Notes under the pieces: generated by a model
Database searches by the model: none
Told to the model about the DNA's origin: nothing
The model's input: the letters and a program-made list of their open reading frames with translations, nothing else
Shown here: positions 37,401 to 46,500 of the stretch, piece after piece
Position numbering within the stretch: the stretch's first letter is position 1
Layout of the letters: the number at the start of each line of letters is the position of its first letter
Translations under genes and position numbers: made by a program
From: Candidatus Poribacteria bacterium
Lineage (GTDB): Bacteria > Poribacteria > WGA-4E > GCA-2687025
Reading direction: 5' to 3'
Assembly (NCBI GenBank): GCA_963665845.2
Contig: OY762492.1
Location: 2,272,001 to 2,336,000, forward strand
Length of the DNA stretch: 64,000 nt

Positions 37401-40230
37401 GAAATACGAGAACCTTACGGTACTGGACGGTATCGGCACGAGGGAAAAAGACGCCGGCGGGTTTGCGACGATCCGCACCGACTCGAACGGCCGTTTCAAG
37501 GTGCGCGTCAACTTGACGTCGCTGAACGGCGGGAAGCCTGTGCCGAGCGGTCTTGTGACGATCTATGTCGGCGGCGAGCTTGTGACGACCAGTTACACGG
37601 TGACGCCTCAGCTGCGCCTGACGGACGCGGACGACAAGGCGGTCGCGCAGGTGAAACTCGGTCAGGACTACACCTTAAAAGGGATCAGTTTCAGCCGCAG
37701 CCGCGCGGTGACGCTGACCTTGGGCGGCAAGTCGGCGACGGCCTTAGACGTGAAGACGGACAATAACGGCGAGTTCACGGCAACGATGAACTGGGCGGCC
37801 GGCGGCTGGGTCGGCGGAGTTAAGAAACTGACAGCTGCAACGCTGTATGACGATGCAGAGTTGGATTTGACGGTTTTGGGTTCCATCACCGACGTGGAAG
37901 CTGGGACAGCGGTTAAAGTCGGCGATAAAGTCGATGTGTCGGGCAACGGCTTCGGCGCAGAGGAGGCGTTGACCATCACGGTCGGCGGCAACCCTGCGGA
38001 GGCGACTGAAGGCGGCACAACGAACGCGGACGGAACCTTCACGGCGACGATCGCGATTCCTGACTCATCTTCGGGCGCGAAGGATTTGAGAGTGTCTTCA
38101 GACACGAGCTCCGCGACCGTTACAGGCGCGTATGCGATCGGAACGTCGCTCAGCGCGAAGATGACGAAGGCGGACACGGCGACGGTCGCGGGAACAGGCT
38201 ACCCCGCCGGCAACGTTACCATTATGGTTGCGGGCGAGGCGGATGCGGCAGCGACCGCGGGCGCCAACGGCAGCTTCACGGCGGAGATCGCTTTGACCGC
38301 CGATCGGGATCATGGCTCTTCGGTCGCAGTGACCGCCGGTTCGCAGACCGCCAGCTTCCTATACGATGACACGGCGGAGGCGCAGAACATTGCGGTGTCG
38401 CCGAATCCTGCCGGCTCCGGCAAGACGGTTACGGTGAGCGCGGAGATTGAAGCGGGTTCAACGGCGATGTTCAGCGTCGCAGGCGTTGACGGCGCTTCGG
38501 GCGATCTGGAAGCTGTTGAAGGCGGCGACGCTCCTGACGGCTTCACGGCGGTTGCCGGCATGTATGCGGTCGAGGATAGCGTGAACGTTGCGGACGCTGT
38601 CGTTACGGTGACGGTGACGGACAGCATCGACAACGAGACCATGTATGACAATATGTCGGAGATGAAAGTCCCGACATTGACGATTGACACGATCGCTCCG
38701 ATAGGAACGGCGGCGTTGAGCTCGGAGACGACCCGCAACAATCTGTCCTTCACGATCACGGCGACCTCGGAGGAGTCGGGCTTGACCGCTGCGGCGGATG
38801 TGAGCGCTGTTGACTCGACGAAAGTTGACCCGGTCGCGCTTGCTGAAAGCGATGAGGGCGGCTCCTACTCGGCTGATGTGGTGGTGAGCGGCAAGAACGA
38901 AGCGACGCCGGGCGATAAGACGGTGGTTGTGACGCTGACCGACGCTGCGGGCAACAGCGCCTCTATAGAGGTCGGCATTGAGTTGCGCGCGAACACCGCC
39001 TTCACCGTGAAACTGTATCCTGGGCTGAACCTGATTCATGTTCCGGTGAGCGAGGAAGGGCTGGATCGGGCGAGCGCCCTTTGGGAGAAGATCAACAAAA
39101 GCGGCAACGGCGGCAACATCATCAACGCGATTGTGATGCTGAAATACGCCGACAGTCCGGGAGGGACTCCGAAGTTTGTGTCCTACACAGGCGGCTTGGT
39201 CGGTTCTGCGGTGGATCTTCCGTTGGAGGATTCGACAGGCGTCCTGGTTCTGATGAAGCAGGCGGCGTCGGTCACCTTCACGGGCGGCCCTTTGGAAGCT
39301 TCGGTTCCCTTGCGGAGCGGCATCAACCTGATTGGAGTTCCGCGGGACAGCGACGATGTCTCCATGGCGAGTCATATAGCGGCTCTTGGTCAGCCGGATG
39401 TGGCGATACAGACGTTGGCGTTGAAGCGGGATGACGACGGCAATGTGCAGTTCATTGCGGCGACGCCGAGCAACGATGTTGCCGTGACAGGCGGTCAAGG
39501 GTTCATCGTGGTCGCGTCGGGTCCGTGGGCTTTGACGATGCCGGGCGCTCCGTGGGAGAACGCTGCTGCGCCGTCTACCGCGGCGTCCGCGGAGCATCTG
39601 CTCCCGACATCCACGCCGTTGCTGGTGGTGGAAGGTTCGCTGGCTCGCGAGGACACCTTGGCGGCTCTGAACGGGCTGGAGGTGTCGGTGACGAACCTGC
39701 GGACGGGTCAAAAGGCGACGGAGCGGGTCGGTTCGACCTCCGGCAACGGACGCTTCTCGGCGGCAATGATCGACCTCAAAGGCGGGCGTTATGAGGCGTC
39801 CGATCAGTTTGAGGTTCAGGTTGTGGATCCGAGCGGCGTCTTCGGCGGCTTCCCGGCGCGGCGCATCGTTTTCGATGAAAAGAGCGTTGTGAGCGGTCGG
39901 GTGGATCTGGGTCAGCTGTTGTTGAGCGCGGTTCCGGACTATTCGGCTCTGCTGCCGAACTATCCGAACCCGTTCAACCCAGAAACCTGGATTCCGTTCC
40001 AGTTGGCAGAGTCGAGCCGCGTGACGGTGACGGTCTACAACGCCGCTGGTCAGACGGTTCGCGTGTTGGAGTTGGGTCAGCTTCCGGCAGGGACCTACCA
40101 TAGCCGTTCCAAGGCGGCGTATTGGGATGGTCGGAACGCGCTGGGCGAGCGGGTCGCAAGCGGTTTGTATTTCTACCGCATTGAAGCGGGCTCGTTCAGC
40201 CAGCTGCGTCGGATGGTGATCCTGAAATAG
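28483..40230 (+). CDS. Giant secreted protein (~3915 aa) with many IPT/TIG-like Ig repeats and a T9SS type A / FlgD-like C-terminal domain
   Basis: AGGAGG with GTG at 28483; signal peptide ending ASA-Q; recurrent G..V.V.G.GF and A.ANG.F motifs; C-terminal NYPNPFNPETWIP...WDGRN..GERVASGLYFY. Confidence 0.9.
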   Translation: MFHSKGARRLFSTAWAFALLALATFSASAQTPTLAVSPTSVKVGDLVTVTGASYTANQGVGQLSVAGTPIETGAHLLSATVGTVSGNNITANASGAFTVTFRAPATTGGEKTVNLTGSTATGTYDVIPRIVRFSPLSVKFGDRMTIVADGFTKDQEVEVRFGGATYADGHVQSKIKANGNGQINGQIDVKAAPYADGTSSHPLHKLWVGADVSRDTAVGVSPYLKPGAQTVKGGGKIKILAHGFPAGAVTLDVGRDITSFATANAAGSIQDGDDVNKAAEIDLPAVSFGRRDLVLKSGNAVSRITNGLSVEPSLSVGTKNTAGVGDDFSLTLEGFAHYKAVNSVNVIQTDNTGTHREAVTLDLVQNGSVVAANVMTIDAFPSDPNSQTPIGDGINGDTGSITGETYTLSAANASALRSGVATLRATGALSRMSQDVVFFYSSPADSPRLFVVEKADSTTMITSAAPGGTIELVGTSYPVSASAGALSMVRGGQSKAPGVTVTADADGLFSVSATIPTDIAGGVWTLAFANSPTATATINIVPSKPDVTPKSTTVGTELTLSGSGFLAGETVTLSVGSTTSVRVTDGSNTDGDTKIGAVSTTVRLGPTPYGKHKVMAAHARGSTEGAELSVQSKITRVDGLSRDRTGAPADERVTKRLGDGLTIVGTGQAASSELQLWLDANRSGGKNDGDIHLNTNKATSNANGSYSIAADLTSVNVDNLTHEYRVFLVDPTAKTTQPVPVLVKFDSSFVRPIAAHVTSVKSKDPVNKLWIQGIAYNQNGQPAPGKNLGYLLLDGAQQNLGGTAAADMFNEGGSFDKDPSSGGFRIEINTPELSKGQHSLSLGGQTVYFTVNERWEGANKSLKIGESHKLTVYGFGANESIQIKMAGQVVRTASTNASGTAKDVSFTVPSNITGGDYKVSVESGSVKKIDTLTITVIPSIAFKGDDDKETGEAHGTTQDTVTVTGKGFRKGEGITFTFGGYSVGVTVTANSNGAFEQLLRVPSASYNRDGVEFRAVGNASLAHATATFHIFADLRLADTQELQVGSGTVADVVGDGFASGDTIKFTISGKDATSSPSTVTAGPNGSFTASLTMPESQGGIQTIKAEATNGSRQIEHLPVNVSPSLQVITNPASGTVGTWLTVKARGFENNKRVKFFVTHPSLGTVNASTHGDDHKANRNLVGKNTGWNGSTDNVRVQIPTLPRGTWTLVVQQDGTNDPLTNAPRQATADISVTPRITHIEGEGNQGKWPKAVTVRNADDSFRTFRVQGNGFEAGSALSVYHTNASGDEFTITSGGAVNANGTFDLRAQLEDSAHGPFKLYVADSKGGVATAKDAIRVGPVIFVSKTSVLRVPDPNDTEKNKIQITGSGFAAGAVTFRFKSGENMFTGTSSTTVIVGQKVVAFKGALNPLAPSGWQTIVATDSTGATAEKNILVATEPGIRLTLNRTAAHVGDEVEATGTGYVANTSYPALFGGNPVTITSATVGHLPTNKTYIRTDGNGAFRFKAKLPNATKGTQQPFRVGANHAVAPIQVTEKVWLSGSLNGVQEGASFTVNGSGFAPGETLALVLAIEGNPPNPLYFYTQSGGTRNEVTTRVKLNGGADVGSVIWDGNANRGPGFRARSNGSFSVTMESPGIPLGKYRVDVFKMNTSKGGAITSTGSLRARSSNTFTSSVKAVLAVSSSTVYNQSTGVGGNNNGQLFISGTGFKAGQNVTVSLPGWSQNVTPDADGFVNTTVTVTGAQYGNHEISAASNGVDHNTFKKHGYHDAKLKVNVASEIVVVPSTASPGQTVTIHGFGFGNDNRANKNDEQVRFRANGLDIGSAKGIVGSHGRFLFNYRLPNAIKAGKNLTGVPGGTIVVRAEGHSTGGAGAAEDSLTIIPVAKIKNTSVEIGGDIQIEGYGFPAGAAVQLYLDQSANGSGVYELGIAPSGTENKANARGGLEAKVTSKAFVNPHIARHVRWQVQGTDANTAVGAGNTTNTYVAKPSITVDPYTGRGTEDIQVVGKGFTPGSALSVKVGANWAAGTSAFWQNVTVGTINGGGASLTPANTGDFIARFNAPTAASPGKTKVHVGSASSIASKDFIYSSPTGTKMLEAFDGKSGAPGTTVKLRGWNYGSFESVGLLRIDNSAPTNSSPLIRDAVKLGGDSRGWQAIGGYITADVNGVFEVSFKTPQYTAVSTNGTKYINTQNGAAPTSATVTITSTLARSPRVVSPGSTVTFTGSGFGANQNLGKATVVGFGQLGKEIKADANGVVTGATFKIPDEKNSDGTFKNANVYNRNINITSPSLSGGNDKKDLHLRNAEEIIYFSPTSGGSGTVVRVKARGFFANWQVEVQFDGKHVSPYDVLSGKVHGGHYVTASAAGDLDFYFNVPPSDSGAREFWVRQYQHGDRNKNHRTKQHKRTFMVGAIIAVRPLSREVGEDLTVTGTGFGANQALTVNVGGTVIQKNGIDRTFKANGDGTFNAKFKVPEVQGGLQTVTVGSASFRSLMVNPNYTLSGVRAKVDDPSTPLIARVDDPSTPLTVTGYGMEAGTSVMIYLDNDDKDRQKSPPLQVGSNGTVSWTFPTIAATSSDRSYTATLVDSGGNRHDAGTWHVVSTATAATETTQSGKLFGNSGDVVTLSAKGFSRYERVRALFGSVKNGIVTGISAIDGEGIPVDENGTLGETKVRVPNLAPGATKLILVGQALNSQGKLNLHQWDFAVGSETKDVLTVAPAINGGKPISEASPGDRIRVYINVVNTFQPNEAVTVYYDYDPVNKTGALSQTTTADPNGSIPAVRAVSFTVPGGPGGMKTIGAVGAKSGAERKAEFTVIPKVTLLNPSQFDLGDQVTIDGVGAGANQPLQVEIATAKDNNAADGSGAVSTVTIDSGATSGADGRFKVTFRVLNALYTKNPQPVRIRVKSGSELTSPWFGRAAKLQVVTKGVRVALRPAAEGPGDAVLTLEGTAADSGGNSRILENIGNVELAHGSINNGQRRKMKYENLTVLDGIGTREKDAGGFATIRTDSNGRFKVRVNLTSLNGGKPVPSGLVTIYVGGELVTTSYTVTPQLRLTDADDKAVAQVKLGQDYTLKGISFSRSRAVTLTLGGKSATALDVKTDNNGEFTATMNWAAGGWVGGVKKLTAATLYDDAELDLTVLGSITDVEAGTAVKVGDKVDVSGNGFGAEEALTITVGGNPAEATEGGTTNADGTFTATIAIPDSSSGAKDLRVSSDTSSATVTGAYAIGTSLSAKMTKADTATVAGTGYPAGNVTIMVAGEADAAATAGANGSFTAEIALTADRDHGSSVAVTAGSQTASFLYDDTAEAQNIAVSPNPAGSGKTVTVSAEIEAGSTAMFSVAGVDGASGDLEAVEGGDAPDGFTAVAGMYAVEDSVNVADAVVTVTVTDSIDNETMYDNMSEMKVPTLTIDTIAPIGTAALSSETTRNNLSFTITATSEESGLTAAADVSAVDSTKVDPVALAESDEGGSYSADVVVSGKNEATPGDKTVVVTLTDAAGNSASIEVGIELRANTAFTVKLYPGLNLIHVPVSEEGLDRASALWEKINKSGNGGNIINAIVMLKYADSPGGTPKFVSYTGGLVGSAVDLPLEDSTGVLVLMKQAASVTFTGGPLEASVPLRSGINLIGVPRDSDDVSMASHIAALGQPDVAIQTLALKRDDDGNVQFIAATPSNDVAVTGGQGFIVVASGPWALTMPGAPWENAAAPSTAASAEHLLPTSTPLLVVEGSLAREDTLAALNGLEVSVTNLRTGQKATERVGSTSGNGRFSAAMIDLKGGRYEASDQFEVQVVDPSGVFGGFPARRIVFDEKSVVSGRVDLGQLLLSAVPDYSALLPNYPNPFNPETWIPFQLAESSRVTVTVYNAAGQTVRVLELGQLPAGTYHSRSKAAYWDGRNALGERVASGLYFYRIEAGSFSQLRRMVILK

Positions 40231-40247
40231 GCGTCTTATGCGGGCTG

Positions 40248-40282
40248 ACGGGAGAGGCGGGGCTTGTTCCTCCTCTCCCGTT
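40248..40282 (+). terminator. Hairpin after the first giant gene
   Basis: acgggagagg...cctctcccgt stem with a short U tract. Confidence 0.45.
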
Positions 40283-40551
40283 GCCTTGTAATTGGCGAGG
40301 CGAAGGAATATACTTGAAACGCCGGCAGTTTTGTCGCATGATATGGAGCGGTAGGCAGCGTCGCTGTTGTGTCGAATAAAAAGGTAGCATTCGAAAGCGA
40401 TGCGTTGTATGCTGTATGTGTGTTCGGGTTTTGGCGGCAGGCGTCGGGACGGTAGGAGAGCGGATTTGACGACATTTCATTTTCAGAGTTTGAACAACAA
40501 TTTTTGTAGGGTACGATCATGACAAGACCCCTTGTTTTATGGAGGCAACGG

Positions 40552-43500
40552 ATGCGCGATTTTCAGTCGTATTTCAAGACAGCGGTCGTCTGGATTGCGG
40601 CGATTGGACTGGTTTTTGGGAGCGCGGCGACCGCAGCTGCGCAGTTCTCGAATTTTAAGGTGACGGTTTCCCTGACCGACAGGGAGGGGAACGCTGCGAC
40701 CGGCTTGAACGTTGTGTTCCAGAACACAAGCGCCCCTGAAGGTTCGCAAGCGGCGCAGGAACAGGATCTGTCGGAGGACGCCTCGACTCCTGGCTCCTAT
40801 AGCGTCACGCTCACCGACCTTGACATCGGAGGAATCTTCAAGCAGGTGCTGATTCCAAAAGAGGGGGATGTCGTTTCTATACGCGCGACGCAGACCGTCG
40901 GCGGGGTAACATCGCCATGGTCGACTCTGCAGCGGACGATTACCAAGGCTGAACTGGACGCTGGAGAGACCAACATCGCTATGACCGAATCCGGCCTCAC
41001 GGTCGAATTCGAGGAAGCGGATGTGAGAGGCGACGGCGTGTCCACCGCGACTCTTGTGGTTACGGTGGTGGACGCCTCTGGAAATCTCATTGACGACGCG
41101 GACCTGACCGCGACGACGACGGCCGGATCTGTGGGCGCCTTTACAAGCGTCGGCAGCGGAAAGCATGAGGCGGTCTTCAACGCGCCTTTAACAAGCCAAG
41201 ATGTGACGGCGGAAGTTACCGTTACATACGGCGCCGATTCGGGTAAAGCGACCATCAACATTATAGGCGTCCCGGCGAATATAACCGTGTCGGTGGACCC
41301 GACCGAACTGGTCGCCGACGGAGCCTCTACCGCAGTTGTCACGGCAACGTTGACGCGCGAAGGCGAAGCGGTTGTGAACGAAACGGTGACGATAGAAGCC
41401 ACCTTAGGTACCGTGGGCGATGTGACCAACAACGAAGACGGAACCTACACGGCGACCTTCACCGCAGGGACGACGGCAGGAACCGCCGAGATCACCGTTA
41501 CGGCTTCGGCGGGCGATACAGGCGAGGCGAGCTTGACTCTAACGCCGGGCGCGCCTGCCGGCATCGTTGCCTCAGTGGATCCGACGCAGATACGCGGCGA
41601 CAGCATCACCACGGCGACCTTCACCGCCACCATCGCCGACGCGAACGGCAACCCCGTTTCCGGGCTTGAAAACGTGACGGCAACGCTCACGGGCGGCGGC
41701 TCCATCGGCGATGTGGCGGATGCCGGCGACGGAACCTACACGGCGGTCTACACCTCCCCCCTGGTGAAAGAAGACGCGGTCGCAACGGTTGAATTCGCTT
41801 ATGCGGCGTTGACGCCCGCCTCGGCGACATTGACCGTGACGGGTGAACCTGACGCCGAAGCGACCATCCTGGTGGTGAAAGGTTTAGCCACCTATCTTGA
41901 CAGATCGCATGCGGCTCCGAACGGCCTTTCTGTCTTGGTGGAAAACGTGACGAAAGATTCGAGCGTAACGAGCGCAACAGGAGACGACGGACTAGGACGT
42001 TACTCCGCAACGTTCTTTGACCTCGCCAATCCGAATGCGGTCGTCGCGAGCTCAAACGATCTGATTCGAGTGACGGTGACCGATCCTGAATCCAACCAGT
42101 CGACCGTGGTTGAGCGGCGCTTGACGGCGGATGAAGTGAACGCGACGATCGTTGACATTGACGTTGAGACAAACCTGAAAGCTACGGCGTCTGAGTTCCT
42201 TGTAGCAGGCACGGTGCAGTATTCCGACGGAACCGCTGCAGTTCTTCCAGGCGCGGGTTTGAGGGTGGAGGTGAGCATCGGAGAGGCTGTGCAGGGGCAG
42301 CCGCTGAATGAGGCGCCGAACGGCGTGTTTAGCATCCAATTCGCAGGCCCGACGTTTGAAGTCGCGACCGGCGACCTGATCAACATCACTGTCTACGATA
42401 TCGACAACAATGTCGTGGCGACCGGCAGCCAGTTCACGTTTATTGCGTCCTCCGCGCAGGTGATTGGCGGCGAGATTGATCTGGGAGATATTCAGACAAC
42501 GGTTGACGCGCACACCGCGAGCCTGAAGGTGATCGGCTCTTTGAAATACAATGACGGAGCCGCTGGGATTCTTCCGAGAGAGCAATTGACAGCGATTGTC
42601 ACCGTTGGCGCTGACAGGAAGGATCCCCTGTCTATCGACAGTCCTATGGGCGACTTCGAGGTCAGCTTTCTTGATGCGCAGTCTGCGGCTAAGACGGGCG
42701 ATCTGGTGAGCATTGAGGTTCTCAAGAACGGCGACGTTGTTGCAAGCATGAGCCGACAGATCACCTCGCAGGAGGTGATTGACGGAGCCTTTAACTTCAA
42801 CGATGTCGTCACTTCGCTGCCGGCGATGTCGGGCGGGACAGGCTTGTTAATCGTCTCCGGTACGGTCACAGCCGACGTTGAGATTCCGGACGGTTCCATG
42901 GTTCTAGTGACGAACCTGCACCGCGGAGACACAAGCACAAGCTCGCCCGTTACCATCACAAACGGCAAGTATAGCGCGGTATTGCAATCCAGCAATGTCG
43001 GGGCGCCCAACTTGGGCGATGTCGCTGAGACGGGCGATGTGCTGCTCATTGAGGTACTTGATCCGGACGGCGTTGTCCTCGCGGCCAATGAAACCGTTCT
43101 CGATTCGATGGCGGTGGTTCTCGGAGCGATGACGGGCGCGAATGTCCAAGTGACCGGCGTTGTGATAGCGCTGACCATCGGCGGCGACCCAGTGGACGCT
43201 AACTCATCCCATCAAACCCAGTATGATGCGAACGGCGTCGCTTCGGCGACGGTGGTAGCGACGGTGTCCGGCTCGGTGAGCGCGGGCGAACTGACATTCG
43301 ATTCAGGCGGCGTGGGATCCTTTGAGCCGTTGGACGGAAACACTCGCACCTTTAGTACCGTTTACGCTGACGAGATGTATTTCTCGTCAGACAGAGGTCT
43401 CGTGACGATCACGGTCTCGGCCGGCGACAAGGCGAGCCGCACCGTCACGCTGAACGTGGTGGATATAGACGATCCAGTGATCAACTCCATCACGCCAGAA

Positions 43501-46500
43501 GGTCCCATGGCTTTGATCGGCGAGGAAGAAACGCTGACAGCCGATGTTGAAGACAACACGGCAGTTGCATCGATTGTTTGGGAATTCCCGGACGGCACAA
43601 CGCAATCGGGCATGGCCGCAACAAAGTCGTTTGACGAGGTTGCGCGTTATTCGGTGACGTTGACCGTTACAGACGTGGCGAACAACGAAGTAACCCGAAC
43701 CAAGACGATTGACGTGCTGGATCTGCGGTTCTCAACCGCCTCTGATCAGGTGGAATACGATGAGAACGGCGTCGCAACCGTTGCCGTTACCATCGAAGCG
43801 GAAGGGCCCGCTGGAATCATCGATTTTGGCGACAGCGTCTATACGTTGACGCTGACGGACGGCGTTTCCGACGACACGGATGATTTCACGAAGACATACG
43901 AGTCGGACGCAGACCTCGGCGACCATACGCTGACAGCGACGGTCACGAACGAGGACGGGCAGACGGTGATCCAGTCGGTGACGGTGGAGCTTGTTGACCT
44001 GATCGCTCCGACAGCGGAGTTGACTTCGGTTGCGGAGCCGCTTGAGCTGGTCGGGCAGCCTGTTGATGTGAGCGTTACGGTGGTGGAAAACACCGAAATC
44101 GCATCGATAGAGTGGCGAGCCGACGGCGAAGTTCTCGAATCGAGAGCGCCGACAGCGGAAGAGATCGAATCGGGCGTTTTCGCCTACACCTACATGCAGG
44201 AAGGCGACGACCCGGCGCCGGCGCTGGTGAACGTGACTTTCCATGTCACGGACACTTCCGACAACACGAACGATGCGGACACGCCAATATCGGTTCCGAT
44301 CACCTTCGTGGATGTTGAGTTCAGCGCGGAGTCGCTGGAAGTGCCTTACGATGCGGACGGCGTCGCTTCTACAGCCATGACGATCGTTGTGAACGGGCCT
44401 GACGGCGTTGTGACGCCGGAAAGCGCGGGGCTGACCATGGCGTTGACCCCTGACGATCTGTTCCCCGATCTTGAAACGTTCTCCAAGACCTACGCGAGCG
44501 CGGAAGACCTTGGCGAGCATGAAGTGACGCTGACGATCACATCCGAAGCGGGCGAGCAGATTGTCAAGATGCTGACGCTGACCCTCGTTGATCATATCTA
44601 TCCGATGGTAACGCTGACCTCTACTGCGGAGCCTCTTAAAGAGGCCGGGCAGTCTGTTATGGTGAGCGTTGATGTGGTGGAAAACACGGAGATCAGAGGG
44701 ATTGAATGGAGAGTTGACGGCGTAGCGGTTGAAATACGAAAGCCCGAAGCGGGCGAGACTGCATTCAGCTACACCTACACGCAGGACGATCCTGCGCCGG
44801 CGGCTGTCGAGGTGTCGTTCCATACTGCGGATACCTCTAGGAACCGAAACGACGACTCTGAGAGCGCCGACGCGACGCCGATCAATGTTCCGATCACCTT
44901 CGTGGAAGTTGAGTTCAGCGCGAAGGTTCCGGACCCAGATCCGTCTACAGAGGCGCATGAGGTGTATTACGACGCTGACGGCGTCGCTTCCCTAGACATG
45001 ACGATCGTCATGGAGTTGCCTGCCGGCGTTACGCTGACCACAGCGTTGGCTCCTGAGGATCTGTTCATCGATGATACATTCTCCAATACCTACGAAGCGC
45101 CGGAGGATATTCGGGACCAGTTAGTGAGTCTGACGATTGCCAAAAGCGGCGAAGAGATTGTCAAGGAGCTGACGCTGGCGCTTCGCGATATGATTCCACC
45201 GACGGTTTCCCCGATTGCGGCAGATTCGACGAACTCGGCCGGCGAGCCGTTCATTCTGACGAACCGCGATCTGACTCTGTCGGCGAGCGCGTCGGACAAT
45301 ACCGAAATCTTGACGGTGGAGTGGGTCTTCCCCGACGGGACGGTTGAAGGGGCTTTGGACGCGGAGGGCAACACCTCCGTGACGCGCGTCTTCACGGAGC
45401 CGGGCGACTTCACGGTGACGCTGCGCGTTGTGGACGCGGGCGGCAACGAAAGTACCTCGGAGACGATGGTGACGGTTCGACGGGTTGAGGTGGGCGGTTT
45501 GGCGCTTGACCTGCGCGGCGCGTCCGAAATTATTGTGGCGCTGCTGCAATCGCCGTTGGTGAGCGATTTGCTGGCAGAGAACGGTCTGCCGACGATTCCG
45601 CAGCTTCTGGGCGACAACCCCACCACAGCGGATGTTCTGCAGTTGTTGAACTCGCCTGAAATTATGGCGGCGCTGCAGCAAGCCGGCTTGACATTGCCGG
45701 GTTTGCCTGCAATGTTGAACCCTGTGATCATCCCTGACGATGAAGACCTTTACCTTGAGAACTTCGGCAATGCGCTGTCGGTTCCGCATCTTGAGGTGTG
45801 GGACAACCTGAGCGGCGTTGCGGACGGCTCCTATCGTATCGAGAAGGGTTTGACGCTGACAGGACATAAGTTGAGCCTGTTTGCGGTCGCCCCGAAGGCG
45901 ATGGAGGTGATCGTTACGCTGCATGGAAGCGACGGGATGACCTATCCCGTCTCCGGCATGAGCGCCGAGGGAACGGGAACCTTCCAGCATGAGTTCGCCG
46001 TTGATGAAGAGCTGTTCCTGGCGACGCTGCCTGCATGGCCTGCGAGCGACTCCAGCCCCATTCAGGAGGTGACGCTGCGTCTTTCCACGAACGGGATGGA
46101 AGGTCCGTATCGGTCGGTTCCGCTGACTAAAGAGATGCGGACGGTCGGCGGATACGCGGAGCCTGTCTGGAGCGCGACCGATACGCTTGACGCGGGCAAA
46201 ACCCACTACTACTACTATGTGGTGGAAATGACGCACCAGATACCGGTCGGCGGCGGGAAACGCACGGCGAAGATGCTTGTGATCCCCGATCCGCGCAATC
46301 TTCAGATGGAGCCGACGATCGATATTGCCAGCTTGACGATTGAGGACCTTCAGAATGTGGCGAACACGGGGCGCGTTCCGCTCGTGTCTAAGTTCTCGAC
46401 TCCTTCGGCAGAAGGCCTCTGGACTTTTGACTTTGACCTGAGCCAGATTCCCGACGGCGACTATCAAGTGACCGTCACGGTGGACGGCGAGGATGGATTT